64,000 nucleotides of DNA from Phallusia mammillata (Eukaryota): positions 5,456,001-5,520,000 of the forward strand of contig OZ281494.1 in assembly GCA_965637545.1 (NCBI GenBank), given 5' to 3'. Of the stretch, positions 1 to 13,568 are shown one piece after another. Positions within the stretch are counted from its first letter, which is position 1; each line of letters starts with the position of its first letter. The notes below the pieces were generated by a model, which saw nothing but the letters and a program-made list of their open reading frames with translations, ran no database searches and had not been told where the DNA came from. The position numbers and the translations under genes are program-made.

Positions 1-44
1 TAACCAAGCATTTTTAAACCTAACACTAAGCAGGTAATGAAGTT

Positions 45-150
45 CAACCGCTTGTAGCGCCTTTGCTATGTTTTGTCAAAATTTAGACTTGGGAATTGAA
101 CTGTAAGTGTTTGGCGTCATATAGGTTTAACTGTTCATGTAGGTTTAAAT
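45..150. repeat. Dispersed ~100-bp repeat, second copy at ~32990-33100
   Basis: TTCAACCGCTTGTAGCGC(C)..CTATGTTTTGT..GGGAATT.AACTGTA.GTGTTTGG is shared by both loci; no ORF or terminal repeats recognised. Confidence 0.6.
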
Positions 151-2310
151 GTCTCATAACTATAAGGTTTCTAGCTACCCAATCGCATAAGCGCTGCTGA
201 TACGCAGGTATTTTGAACAATAATTTTTTTAATAGTCAAGCACAATGTACGTTTAATTTTGTCAAGCAAATGCCTAACTAAATGTTACGTTGCCGACTTG
301 CCTTTGTATACGCTCAATTTTATTCGTTACGCCTATTGCATGTATGGGATATGTCTAAGCATTATAGCTTACTTTTTGACTTGCTAATTCTTAAATGGCA
401 ACAACTGCACTATGTCATAACTATAATTATTACAAAGAAATGTTATAATTGCATGGTCTACGTCACGCCAAAGCCAGAAGCGTCTGTAACAGAACCTTTA
501 AAGATTGACCCTTAGTAGTATAACAACTACATTGATATTGAAAAGCAATAATAATATTCATTCCAAGCAGGTTGACTCTGTATAAAAAAAAATTTTGATT
601 TGACATGACTATATCTGACACCAAAACGATAATTATGACATATTTAATCAATTAAACATGCTAAGGAAAAAATATGAAAAAGCTATACTGATTAAGCGGT
701 AAAGATGTTATGCAAATGGCACATGATACCGCGCCGCCGTTGCGCAAGAGTTCATCGCACGGACGCAAAAATGACTCACATTGAGTTTTATGTAAAAATA
801 AGCACCGCTCAAGCAGCAGGGTCAAATATCGCCTAAAAAGAGTAAGTGCAACTCAAATGAGCTTGATGACTATACAATTACCTTGCCTCGACGCCAGCGC
901 CTAAGTATAATAATCTGTCAGTGATTAGCCTGTTAGATCGTTAGGCAAGAGTAAACACGAAACAAAGCGACTTACCAACACACAACTGCAGAATGCAAAA
1001 GCACTGCCCAACCCACAATTGAAAGGCAATAGCGATATTTCACCTGTGATATTAAGACGCAAGACATTAAGCCACACATCAAACCGTATAAAAAACTTAG
1101 CTCAATTCTGAAAAGTACGACGGTTCGTTTAACTTCTTACACGAATTTGAAGCAGAAATTCTTGACCACATACCTACATAGTACTTGGAATGTGCGACTT
1201 ATTAATCGATACTTGTATATATACTTGTATATATACTTGTAATAATTTATACCCTTTATATACCCCCTTTATACCCCCATTGTGTCTATATAATCATTAT
1301 TGTGAAAACTCTACGCGCCATCTTAAGTTGAGTTCCCAGGCATTCAAAAAAATCAACTGTTGAAATCCCATAGAATCAATTGTTCAATTTGTTTAAAGAT
1401 AAACAAGTGTGAATGACAACATCTAACATTTTTCAGATTCATTTGATCGCTATATTAAAAAGGCCATGCTGTTTGCATAAACGCCAGCCTTTTATGAATC
1501 TATTGAGCAATTTTTGTGTTATTGGTTCAGCTAAGTAGATAAAATATGATGAATAAAATAAAGAACACCACGCCAGACTCCAAAATGTGGTAAGACTACA
1601 AAAATGAAAAGGTCCCCACAATCAACGGCGAGATAGTTGTGGTTTTAACGAACGACTGGGAGGGTGGAAGGCGGGCCGGCCGAATCCAGGCTCATTTGTC
1701 ATCAAGTGGTTCTTCAACCGAAGCTTTGGCGGATTCGGACACAGAACAATGAATCGTCGTTAAGTTCGTTTTCAATAAAATAAAAATACGATAAGATGCC
1801 TACTTTATGTTTTTGGCCATTAGTTCAGAGAAGATTCAAACATGGATGTTTAGGATGATTTATCTATGACTTATCCCAATTTATGTCTGGATTACCAGAG
1901 ATTCTTCAAGCATGAATCATCATAGAAAATCATACTTGAATGTTACCTTTCGTGTCATAACACAATGATAAGTCTCGGAAGTTCGCACCCTATCCAAGTC
2001 CGAACCAAATAAGTTCGATGATATTACATGTATGTAACGGGGAAAATTTTCCACCTGGTAGTGTTTGGCGTCCTTTTGGTTTAGTATGTTTGACAAGTAG
2101 CTTGTTTATTCAAAAAGTCAGATATACAAAGTGTTTGAATTGTCAAAACATCACAGAAGGCCATTCTCTGCTGAGTTGACGTTAATTTTAGTCCTGTTGC
2201 ATTTAGCGTATCACTACGCATCCAGTTTCCTTCATTCGATGTAGGAGATTTATTTGATTTAGATTTTTTTCAAATTGCCACCTCTATGTAACCGGTGGTG
2301 CTGTTGCTTT

Positions 2311-2367
2311 CCAGTGTAATATAAGACGGAAACAAAACCTAAGTTTGGCGTCAAGCGATTAGCAGCT
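2311..2367 (+). promoter_or_regulatory. Conserved upstream block of GIY-YIG-like gene 1, containing palindromic core CAAAAC-CTAA-GTTTGG
   Basis: 57 nt identical to 5616-5672 upstream of gene 2, while the surrounding non-coding DNA has visibly diverged. Confidence 0.6.
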
Positions 2368-2994
2368 CCAGTTTCAACGTAATTTAACCCATGGGTTGTT
2401 GTCAAGTAGTACTATGAGATAGAGCTTTATTTAGCACCAGTACGCTGTAGTGAAAGCAGTCAGTTCTAGCCAGTTACATTAATTATAAAACAACAGCAGT
2501 GCTTGCTGATTATAGGCTACAAAACGGTTTCAAAATCTCGAATGAATTAAAATGTTTTCACCAGTTAGCCTACAGTTGCCTTTTGTGGAAGACCATGAGC
2601 AAACCAGTCAGCATATATTTGTTGTTTATTTGTGACTACTTAAAGGCAACAAAATGGACAAACACGGTGCATAGACACTAAGTTTTTGCGTTACACAAGT
2701 CAGTATCTAGCATATCAACCCCATTAGGTAGAAATTCGTTACTTTTTGCAAATAACCATTTAAACAAACCATGTACTTGCGACAGCAAAATTAACTTTTC
2801 TAAAAATAGAATCAAGTGTCAAAAATGAGGATTGTCCCGAATTCCAAATTGTAATGGTTTTACCACAAAACAGAAACTAATCTTCTATACTGTCTATAAA
2901 CCACAACATTTTGTTTGCAGATTAGTATGAATTTGTAGATGTGTTAAATTGCCCTGAGCTACAAATAAACTTAGTTGTTTTACGTCATATCAAA

Positions 2995-4076
2995 ATGTCT
3001 GGATTTTCGAAGTCTGTCAACATGAGTTCTAGCCCCGCACACGAGCCACCGCCAGGTAACATTTTAAGTAAAATTGCTACACTTAAGATCCAACGAGTAT
3101 TTTTGGTAAGCACCACACTCGCTAAACCTATCAAATAATTGGGGCGTATTTCTAGCAAAACTATTTTCCAACTTTATTAAACGGGGTTATTCCGTGTTTT
3201 GCAAGGTTTCAATTTATTTTGATTTTTGATCCATTTAAAACTTCAATTTTATCTGCATAGTCTGGCACAAACAAAAGTTATTGATAATTGCAACTTGGTT
3301 CCCACATTCTGCGAAAACTAATATTTTACTATTGTGGAGTATTACACTTCAAAATTAGATAGGACAATGGAGATTGATGCCACATTGCACTGCAGCAATT
3401 GCGAGTACAGTAATTCGAGTGAGAGTTTAAATTCTTTAAGTAACCACCAGATCAAAATGTTGGCAAGATAAAATCAACCGGAAACATTTTTTGCTTCGTT
3501 GAGCCGCAAGTATGTGGGGCTTTATTGTTTGTTGTTTTTTCAAAAACGTATTTGCGGATCCTTTATCTCAGAAACACCCGTCTTACTAGAACTTTGCTAG
3601 AACTTGAACTTTGAGAATGTTCACTTTTATTGACAAATAATGTTTGCATTACAGGATCGGGTCCCTGTGGGCGTTGCTGCTCCTTGTGCCCTTTTTTGAA
3701 CCAAACCTACTCGCTTCTAACTCCGAGAAATGGACCCTTTTTACTTAATTGTCATCTTACTTGCCAAAGCAAAGGGATCGGTGTGCTGACTTGTAGGTTC
3801 TGTGGAGAGCAACATGTGTTCAGAACCGATAGGCAAACATTTCAGGAAAGAGTTAATCAAATGGCATCGGAATTTAAAAATAAAATAGCAAGAACCTTTG
3901 TGCAGCATTTTGACAAAGGGATATGTAATGTGCAGAAATCCTTACCTACTGATCAAAGCTTATTGGGTTTCTACATCCTGTCGTTAGTCGACAACGTCGG
4001 GGACAAGTTATCTAAAAATAACTGGAAAATTGGTATTGGCGCTACAATTAAACGACCGCCCAAACCATCCATATAA
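2995..4076 (+). CDS. PLE-endonuclease-derived, predicted nuclease-dead GIY-YIG-like Zn-binding protein, copy 1 (~160 aa)
   Basis: Exons 2995-3055 (MSGFSKSVNMSSSPAHEPPPG, phase-1 donor GTAAC) and 3655-4076 (acceptor TTACAG). Motifs CGRCCSLC, HLTCQSKGIGVLTCRFCGEQHV, FVQHF and WKIGIGAT match the layout of PLE GIY-YIG domains. Confidence 0.8.
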
Positions 4077-5158
4077 TTGGCTTTTCTTGAAAATTATTTT
4101 GTGTGGTTTAAGTGTGACTGTGCATGTGTTTAGATACTGTGTTATTAATAAACATCTTTTTAAATAAAGAGGCCATATGTGCAAATGTACAAACTAGAGT
4201 TTCATGTCCGAAAAAATAAACCAATTTTCGAAAAATATTTTTTTTTGGAGTAGATGAATAAAAATAGAGTATTATACAAGTGACGAAACAGAGCATTATA
4301 CAAGCCATTAAACAACTGACACAAACAGCACTCCAGAAAACTCAATCTTAAATAGTTTCTTTTGTTTTGAGAAATCGTCACACGAACAAATATAAATCGA
4401 CATAACACGTAATAAGTTAAAAAATAAGCAAAGACTGACCTAAATTTGGTATTTGGTGCGTACGGTTTGGGATTAAAACTACCAAATGACTACATGCGGA
4501 TGACGTGTGATAAACAAGTGCACGAAAGTAAAGTTTAACTAAGGCGAATTGTTTAATAGATCATCATTAAAAACTCTGCCTTTGAGCTGACGCGGCCCTT
4601 TTAGCCCAACAAAAAGAGAAAAACAAAACCTGAGTTTCGGTTCAACCGCCATTATTACAAAATAATTAATGACATGGCGTCGGGACGCGTAGGGTTTGGA
4701 ACTTCAAAATTCACTTTTAAAAGGGTAAAGCTGCTTCACAAACAACAAACTCGACAAAACAGTTGAAAACTAAATAGACTCAAAAGTTTTTTTTTGAAAA
4801 GTGACACCATTCATATAGTGTGGTTGAAGTTTATGATATATTTTAGCTAGTTCAAATGTTCGTCTAGTTTATTTTGCCATAGTTTTGTACAAGGTCACGT
4901 ACAGAATATTGGTGAAAAACATTCGTGTTTAAATATGATTGTGCAAAGCAAAAATGCTGACGCTTCGTTGAAAGCGTTTAGTTTCCATTGCAATGTTGTT
5001 AGTAACAATAGTACCAACAACGCATGGCAAACACATAAAGAGATGTTGTTAGTGTAACATTAGCAATAAAATCACATGGAGTCAACACGTACTTAAGTGA
5101 AAACTGTGAAATGTTATCTGCAACTAGTCAAGTTTGCAAACTTGTGTCTCATATGATG

Positions 5159-5220
5159 AGGGACTATCCGTAGCTATGATTAGTAATATATATTACTAAT
5201 CATAGCTACGGATAGTCCCT
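5159..5220. repeat. Perfect 62-bp palindrome with no spacer
   Basis: AGGGACTATCCGTAGCTATGATTAGTAATAT|ATATTACTAATCATAGCTACGGATAGTCCCT is its own reverse complement. Confidence 0.95.
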
Positions 5221-5615
5221 TATCCCGAGCGAAGCAGACGAAAGCTTTTTTGTAATGGATTCGCCCCACTACGTCCTTTATCACATGGTTTAGAATAATA
5301 ATGGTTGAGTCAGAACCTTAAGTTAACATATTTACTGTCCCCTACGTCAAAGTGGCACTGGATGTTTAACGATGTCCCAACCATTTTAGGCCCCTTTCGC
5401 CCTGCGTTGATTTTAACATATTGCAACGCATCCGGTTCTTTTCAGTCTATGTTGATTGGAACAAATTTCTCGTGAAACCAAAGTTAGAAACAGTTATGTA
5501 ACCCTTAGCCACAGCTTCTTAGTGCATTTTTCCGGTTGACAACAAATAAATTTATTCATTTCCACTAGATCATTTATAATTTCCACCTTCATGTTACCTG
5601 TTGCGCCATTGCGTC

Positions 5616-5672
5616 CCAGTGTAATATAAGACGGAAACAAAACCTAAGTTTGGCGTCAAGCGATTAGCAGCT
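5616..5672 (+). promoter_or_regulatory. Conserved upstream block of GIY-YIG-like gene 2
   Basis: Identical to 2311-2367; a TATA-like run follows at ~5725-5733. Confidence 0.6.
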
Positions 5673-6028
5673 AAAGTTTCAACGGAATTTCACCCATTAC
5701 CTGTTATCAATGGTACTGTCGACTATATATATAAACCGCTATAGCGGTTTAGAGTACGGAACGTTGTAGTGAAAGAGGCCATTTCTAGTCAGTTACATCA
5801 ACTACAAACCACAGCAGTGCTGATTTGGTTACAAAATGGTTCAAAAATCTTGCATGAAAGAACTAAAGGAATGTAGCGTATCAATCGCATTAGGTAGAAA
5901 TCCGTTATTTTTGGATAAATAACCATTTTAACAAACCTACTTGAGATTAGTACAGAGTAGTATGAATTTGTAGATTTGACAAATTGTTACTCTGAACAAA
6001 TAGGTATTTAACAACAAGTTATTGCAAG

Positions 6029-7081
6029 ATGTCAGGACCTTCGAATTCTGTCACCATGCCTTTTATGCCTGCACCCGTGCCACCACCAGGTAACATATTA
6101 AGCTAAATTGTAACATGTGCATCTTTACAAACGCGAGCACCACAGTCGCTTTTATCCCGTCCAGTTGTAACCAGGGTGCAATTTCAATGCCTGAAAATTT
6201 TACTTAAAATTTATACGTTAATACGTATTTTGTAAACTTTCTGTCGTTGTAAATTACCATTCGCTTTACTTTAAACAAATAAGAACACGATCGGCCTCAA
6301 AAGCTCAAATTTATTTAAAGGCTGGAATTTTTTTATTATAGTTTAAAAATTAGGAAATACTTTCCACCGATATGTTCAGTGCGATATAAGCAGAAAAATA
6401 GTATTTGTATATGCCACTGATTTCATGGATATGTACCAACCGCCAACATCAGGGTTCAACAAATGTTTCAGGGTTCAAAACTTTCAGAATTATAAACTAT
6501 AAACAAACAATGTAAAGTCTATGTATATGGGTAATTCTTTCGGTGTGCTGTGGTGTAAGGTTACTTTCATTTGAAATTAACGAAAAAAGGTTTCTATCGT
6601 TTCCGCTTATGCCTTTGTTTTCAGCACGTATACGTTAAGAAGTTATCTTAAACATGTTACTTTTACAGGATCATCAAGCCGATGTGGTGAGCCAAACTGC
6701 TCTGTGTGCTATGCGGTACCGTTTCAAAGATACCTTTGTCCTCCGAGAATGAGCCCGATTCCGCTTCAACAGCACCTTAATTGCACTAACAGTGGGGTTG
6801 CTGTGTTCACTTGTGTGTGGTGTGGCGAGCAACATGTAGCGACAAGCACTGTACAAACGTTTCTAACACGGTTCGGTCAATTAAAATCGGAATTCAGGAA
6901 CAACGTGCTACATAGGAACTTACTGCTACATTTTACCAGCAAAGAGTGCGGAAGCCGTGTACAAGTGCCTGAAAATCCAAACATTATTTATTTCTACTCA
7001 GTGACATTTGTCGACAAAACCAGTGCCAACAAGTTGTACTGGATAAACAAAATTGGGGCCACCATTAGAAGAGGCCAGTAA
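6029..7081 (+). CDS. GIY-YIG-like protein, copy 2 (~157 aa), tandem paralog of copy 1
   Basis: Exons 6029-6089 (MSGPSNSVTMPFMPAPVPPPG, phase-1 donor GTAAC) and 6669-7081 (acceptor TTTTACAG). Motifs RCGEPNCSVC, HLNCTNSGVAVFTCVWCGEQHV, LLHF and YWINKIGAT. Confidence 0.8.
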
Positions 7082-7898
7082 AACAGACTATGAGTTAAAT
7101 TTTAATCTGGTTCGTAACGTATTTATTATCAGTCGCTTACATGACTATGGTTTTGATTGCCTTTTATCAAAACAACGCTATCATCAAACCAGGCAAACTT
7201 AAAATCAAAAATAACACCGTGACAATAATTACAAAGTTACCCCCTCTAACTTTATTGTTTGTGTTTTTTCGAAAATTAGGTGTGGTGTTCTATATGCTGA
7301 ATGAATTACAGACGATTTTAGGTTTATAACTACCCAAAAGAGAATTGGTAAACTACACGACCAAGTTGCCTGCAAAAAATTGTTCTAAAATAAATTCTTT
7401 GGTGTGTAGTTGCGCACGATTATAAGTCTCGACAGGTGCTTTACATTTGTATCTCAAAGTCGAATTTAATAGCATGTTTGTAGTGTTTTTGTGGATAAAA
7501 AATGTTGTAACTCGATTGTACAAATAACGGCCTAGTTAAAATGAAAATTATAAAAATCAACAACTCTAAATCAACAAGGCTTTTTGTCTGTAATGTGTGC
7601 GTTTGTGCGCTTTTTGATGTGTTTGTAAATGTAAAAACGCAAGTTTGCTTTTACCAGTGTTATTAACTTGAATGCATAGTGCGGATCACGCTTGCAAATC
7701 CATAAGCGGAATAGTAACTTGTGTTCTAGTGTTTGAGTTGATAAGTAAACAAACAAAATAAACTTGAGAAGAAATTTCTGGTCCGTTTGTATGAGTATCA
7801 AACTTGGGCACTTGCTTATCACGTCACAATTAGAAACAGATGCCTTTTGGTTTAAAATACGAACATTTTAAACAATTACCTCGGATAAGCCTTTAAAC

Positions 7899-8359
7899 CA
7901 GGGGTCTCAAACTCAAACTTCCTTGAGGGCCAAAAAAAAGTTAGTCGATGGCCCCACTTTTGGAACGTTTGTTCGAGTAATAACAACAAAATAGTATGTG
8001 CTTGAAAACATTTATATGCGACAAATAGTGTAGCAAAGTGAAAGAACCAACTATACTTTACTGTAACTATACGCGAAAACCATGGCATACAATAATGAAA
8101 CAATCAAAAAATATGACTTAACAATGGGAATTGCTGATTCTTGACTGGACGAACCATTTCGATCGTATGCTTCTAAAATCTAAACGTATCATTCATTTTT
8201 AGCTATCACTAATTTCGAATGATTGTTTCTTGTAATCACTGGTCTGACAAGGTATTCCATCTGAGTTAAACACTTATTTTTTTAAAGTTGGTTCGCTGGC
8301 CGTACAAGAACCCCTGGTAGTGCCGCTGCAGCCCCTGGGCCTCGTGTTTGAGACCCTTG
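7899..8359. mobile_element. hAT-superfamily MITE
   Basis: TIRs CAGGGGTCTCAAAC / GTTTGAGACCCTTG and an exact 8-bp TSD CTTTAAAC on both sides. Confidence 0.9.
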
Positions 8360-10423
8360 CTTTAAACAGTAATAAACATAGCGCTTGAATGTGGGTAAGT
8401 GGTTGAAATAAAACGTCACCTACGTGTAAAGTCGACGAAGCGAAAACATATAGGTTTAGAAAGGAATTAAAACAAATCTAGTGTTTACCAATTGGGAATG
8501 AAGACCAATTTATTAAGTGTAGTGTAGCGATTCTACAGACCCGATATTATCGTAACTTGTTCATTGTGCCCAGAAATATCAAACGTTGGAAAAAAGGTGG
8601 CGCTAAGTTCAAACAGCTTCAAAAAAGGTGGCGCTAAGTTTAACAGCTTTAAAGAGTATTGCGCTTGCAAAATGGGAGAAATAAATTACACAAAACGAAA
8701 GTTTACGAAACATGAAGTGTGGTTAATTTCAGTTTCATCAAAAATTGTACCTACCAAATTACAAATATGTATACATCGTGCTTGTTCTTAAGGCCCGTTG
8801 CAAGATGCGGCGAAAGCGATTTGGACGATGTCACCTTTCACAATATTAAAGTTAAGGCTTTATTTATCATGAAGTAATAACAGCAGAGAAATAATGCAAA
8901 TCATAGAACTTTGCTAACTTCAGTGGCATATAACAGGGAAAAATACGTTTTGCTTAAAGTGAATCAATAAATAGTGTATTAATCCGCATAGTTCGGGTTA
9001 AAAACTGAAACGTAAACCTTTGTTCTAACTTCATTTGTACAGATAGCAGTATTTACTTTATTTTTTGTAACAGTTAGAAATTTCCTAAAAGCTTAAACCT
9101 TTACGAGGCTTAATGGTCCAGGTTGGATTTGTGTTCTATCTATTCACAACATACACACACAGTGTTTGGTTCATTGTAGTAACAACCCAACGGTTGCTTA
9201 GTGCTGTGGCGTCCCAACGCTCTGAACAAATGTTTCTTTGTTTTTATTCCGCATTCGATCCGGGAAAGGAATGTGAGTCGGTTGGGGCAAAACGTTAGTT
9301 TTGTTTTCTTTTCGTGTTACGTTACGCGAAATAGGGAAACAACATGATTGACAATGGCCGATCTTAGATCAGGAAACGGCAGTTGGAACAATGTTTGATA
9401 GCGTAATGTTTATTACGAATCCGTTGTCACGCTATCTGTCTCTTTGCGATTATAGCTTTATGTTTGTGCAGCAAAAATATATAGGTCGCTTCGAATATAT
9501 ATTTTATATTGTTTCACTGTTTGCATTTTGCCCAACAGATCTTGCGGTTTGGTAAAAAAAATTCGATATAGTGCAATACGCACATATGTGTTTGATACGG
9601 ACTAAAGATAAAACCACTAATCAGTATCTGCAAAGAGGCAGGTTACTCGTTAAATGGCTGTCCGTGTTAACAGCGTGTTGGGTAAAGAGTGCTTAGACTT
9701 CAAATAAGTGACTCCAACATGTTCCACTTTTTCTCCCAACGAAGTAGACGGTGGCAAAACTTCAGTTTCGCCCTGTCCGCAATACAAGTCTTCGATTCGC
9801 GCCACTGGAGCAAAGCTGACTTTGTTTTCACTTTTAGGAAAACTCGGGTTTTGCCTTCGTATAGTGTTACTTTTTAATGAATTATTAAGGTTGCCTACAT
9901 CAAGGTAAACACTTCAATCGGCAAATAAAACGTCAGTATAAACAATCTTACTCATTTGCCAGAGGAGCACTATTTAGTAACTAAATAGAATTTTAGTTGA
10001 TACCTTATGCCTGCCGAAACGTTTTATGTGTACTTTACGTGGGTGACAGAAATAACGACACAAAGCAATGTTCACTGCGGCGGAGGTTTCAAGATCTTTA
10101 TTGGCACAATCGAATGGGTGAGGAAAAAAGAAAATCTATTTATGTTGACTCATCGCAATCGCTTTATAAACGCACATCAAACGCTTCAAGAGAAGTTAAG
10201 AAATCAAATCGTTGTTAAAACTATAAAATGTTATCTGCTGTTATAGACGGGCTGGTAAACGGCGCATGGTTGTAAAACAAACAAAACTTTACAGTGCGCC
10301 AGTCCAATAACATGTTTGATAACAAGTGTCTTTAATTAATTTTTTTCTTTGGTCTTATACAACTACCAACTGTTGATAATTTGATCCTTTCTACTACCAA
10401 CGAGGCAGACGGAACTAAATCTT

Positions 10424-10546
10424 CAGTTTCGCCCCAACACACAATGTTTGCAATCGATTCGCGCCAGTTTCGCCCCAACACACAATGTTTGCAATCGATT
10501 CGCGCCAGTTTCGCCCCAACACACAATGTTTGCAATCGATTCGCGC
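10424..10546 (+). repeat. 41-bp tandem repeat x3 inside a dispersed ~200-bp element (other copies ~9720-9880 and ~17310-17470)
   Basis: Unit CAGTTTCGCCCCAACACACAATGTTTGCAATCGATTCGCGC starts at 10424, 10465 and 10506. Confidence 0.9.
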
Positions 10547-11094
10547 CAAAGGAGCTGAAAGAATTTCTATTTCACGATGTGATTTAGTTTGAAAGGAAAC
10601 TCAGGGTTTGCTATAGTATCGTGTTACGTTAAGCGAAAACCTGGAACAACGTTGGCAATAGTTGCCGTTTAACAAATAAATTAGGCAATGTTTCAACCGA
10701 TCATGTTTTTGATTATAATTTTTAAAAACCAAAATCCACAAACAATTATGTTTGTAAACTGGTAACAGCAATGCGTTGAAAAAATAACGAATGAAAATTG
10801 CTATGGTGCTAACTGGCGTCGGTTAAAAAAATGCATCAGTATCAAATTACAGGAGCCTTAGTGTTCTAACTAGTTGATATGAGATTTATTTGTTATAATT
10901 TATTGCGTATGTGAAGGTCGAAATTCGTACTACTGTTATATATTTTAATCCAGAAATTCTAACTTAGAATGGTTTACGTCAATGCAAACAACAGTTTTTT
11001 AGGGATCTAGAACAGGGCTAATTTCATATCGTGATAGAAAAACTTCCGTAAGGTGTGGATTATTTTTTGAATGTTACAAAGTAATCAATACGAT

Positions 11095-11182
11095 TTGGCC
11101 AAACAAAAAATGTGACCGCGGGACGGATAAGATGACCTCGAGGGCCAAAACCGGCCCGCGGGCGGTAATTTGGCGACCCCTG
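11095..11182. mobile_element. Single end of a hAT-type MITE
   Basis: Ends in GGCCCGCGGGC..TTTGGCGACCCCTG, the reverse complement of a CAGGGG-type TIR; the partner end was not found. Confidence 0.55.
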
Positions 11183-11847
11183 GTATAGCCTATATACGTG
11201 AATGATGTTTAAACAAAAAACATCCACTACAAATAAACGTCCCATTGGAAAACTCAAGTGGCATTTTTGTGACAAGTCAAGGGGCAAAGGCATGACAACT
11301 TAACGATGACGAAACCGATCGAGAAAACGATTTTGTTCGTGCCTATACTATTTATTAGGACAATAACATAGTAACGCACGATGTTTCGCGATTCCGATTT
11401 GGGCCGCCACCACAGTTTGAGAAGTCCTGATCAAAAAAGTACTCGACTTATTTATGCATGATTCACTCTGACGTCACGTCGCGTAGGAATCTTCGTTTTC
11501 CTCTTTAACAAATAGGCTGATCATTGATGCTCGATTGCTTGAATAACAGCAAACCTCCTTCTCGTTTCCAGTGCTAATAATCTGGTTATTCACAGCTCTC
11601 TAGCGACACTTGCAGTAAAACCTATGTAGCTGTTGTGACGTCATCTCGTGTCAACTTCAGACAAACGATAAATTACCTGCCAAAGTTAACAGATAAGATT
11701 AACGAGAAATTTGAAGTTTAATTCCAAAATAAATTAGCTGCTGTAAGTAAGAGTATTCGTTATACAACGACCGTTTGGTCTCAGATGCAACAATCAAAAT
11801 TAATTTGTTCGACATATAGTTACGTTATATTCCAAAGTTACGTTATA

Positions 11848-13568
11848 CAGACGAATCCGGTTAATCGCATCATCCATTTGCCAAGGGTATTTGATGCGAT
11901 TAACCGGATTATGCGATAATCCGGTTGCTATGTAAACAGTACATGCCCGTTTACAAAAGTGCTCATTTTCACTTCCCCAGCTGAAACAAAGTTGCAGTGA
12001 CGCACAACTATGGCAACGGAGCAGTATTTTCTCTCTTTTGTTGCGAGAATTGAAAAAATTGCTGCTCTCAGCGCAATACATGACATCATGCTTCCTAACT
12101 GTCGTGGCTATGGTGCAATCGCCTAAGTGTGTTAAAGAAACAGTAGAAACGCACACACACACACACTCTTAATTGGCGCACACGCCACAGTTCGCTTGAT
12201 TTGTGCTTTCTCCTGCAGTCAGGTTTATTTGAAACTATGTGTTACATCGCATCGTAGCTAAGCGGCCCAACATTTAAATTTGGAAACTTCCCTATGATGA
12301 CGGTTTATGTCGTAGTCTTGTTTTGGGTAGTTTTTCTTATAAATGTGCCAGGCCTCTCGCCTAATATACATGTAAAATGGCCTGTTGTTTCTTACCTATT
12401 TCGATTTCTAGTTCGAACCAACGCGTTAACCGGCAAAGTGCTAGGTGCATATTTGTGAGCAAGCCCAAACCCGCAAGTGCACGACCGAAACCTAGTCAAA
12501 CTTACAACTTTGGCACATTCCACAGCGCAAGGGCAGTAAGGCGAGCTGTATCAGTTTCTATTATAACCCGTTATCCAATTGACAAAAAGAATATTTGATT
12601 GTAGCAAAACTTTAACGACTCAGATTGTGGCGCTACTTTCTAGCTTACTCAGCAAAACTACAGCTGCAAGACTAGCGTGACTGTCACGTGATCAACGTGT
12701 GATCGTTGCTTCAAAAACTTAAAGCAGCAACAAATATTGCAGGAATAAATGCCTTTCTTAATTGGTGTTTTACCTGATAAGTTGCGCAAGGTCACGAACA
12801 GAAGACAAATATGGCAATCATTGGCACGTTACTAACTACGTGAATCTAAACAACATGGTGTGATTACTTGCGATCTAACATTTTTTACAACCATTACGTG
12901 TTTGGCGGGTCATGAAAAATATAACAGAAAACCTTTTTAAACATTTGTTTTACATTTAACATTGTTTAAATTTCAATACAGTTTAACACTTTTTGGTGCA
13001 GTTCGCACTTTGTAAGAAATTACATTTAGCGTCTTTGCCGGACACCAGTTTCGTAATTTTAATACGTTGAACTCTTTATTTAAACGCTTGAGTTAAACTA
13101 TTGGCGATTAGATAAGCCAATATAAAGGATCAATGTGCACGGCTGTAAGATAACGACTCCTTGTTATCGCACAGCGTTGCACTGAACGCCGATTTAATCT
13201 CCTAATAACTTTTCCAAAATATTTTATGGTCGAGACGTGTCATTCAACGTTAGGTTATTTGCTGTGGAATGCAAAAATGCATCTACGTCTTTTTCGCATA
13301 AATTACAAACGGAGGATTTTTCTATCATATCGTCGTTTTTTTATGTCAAATACTCGGGCTGTTCGACTTTCACATAGAGATCATCAATCCGGATAATCGC
13401 ATATTTCGTGGAAAATCGATGCGAATATCCGGTTTATGCGATCAACCGGTATGCGATTAACCGGACGATTTTCTTAACAAACGATGGGCGACGGTTTGGA
13501 ATTTTTAATTGTGATGCAATTAATCGGATTATGCGATTAACCGGTATGCGATTAACCGGATTCGTCTG
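11848..13568. mobile_element. Non-autonomous Tc1/pogo-like DNA element (~1.7 kb)
   Basis: TIR CAGACGAATCCGGTTAATCGCAT and its inverse, flanked by TA on both sides; subterminal ATGCGATTAACCGG repeats at both ends; no transposase ORF seen. Confidence 0.85.

Noticed and set aside
1208-1280. ATACTTGTAT x3 and ATACCC(C)TTT repeats
   Set aside because: Ordinary short simple repeats.
282-2000. Short ORFs and a GC-richer patch at ~1600-1760
   Set aside because: Stops in all frames, no consistent splice pair and no recognisable motif.
7571-7822. 83-aa minus-strand ORF as a possible extra GIY-YIG-like copy downstream of the minus-oriented motifs
   Set aside because: Lacks the Cys clusters and the CGEQHV motif.
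8588-8650. Two ~30-bp direct repeats, CRISPR-like at a glance
   Set aside because: Adjacent tandem duplication with no spacers, in a eukaryotic context.
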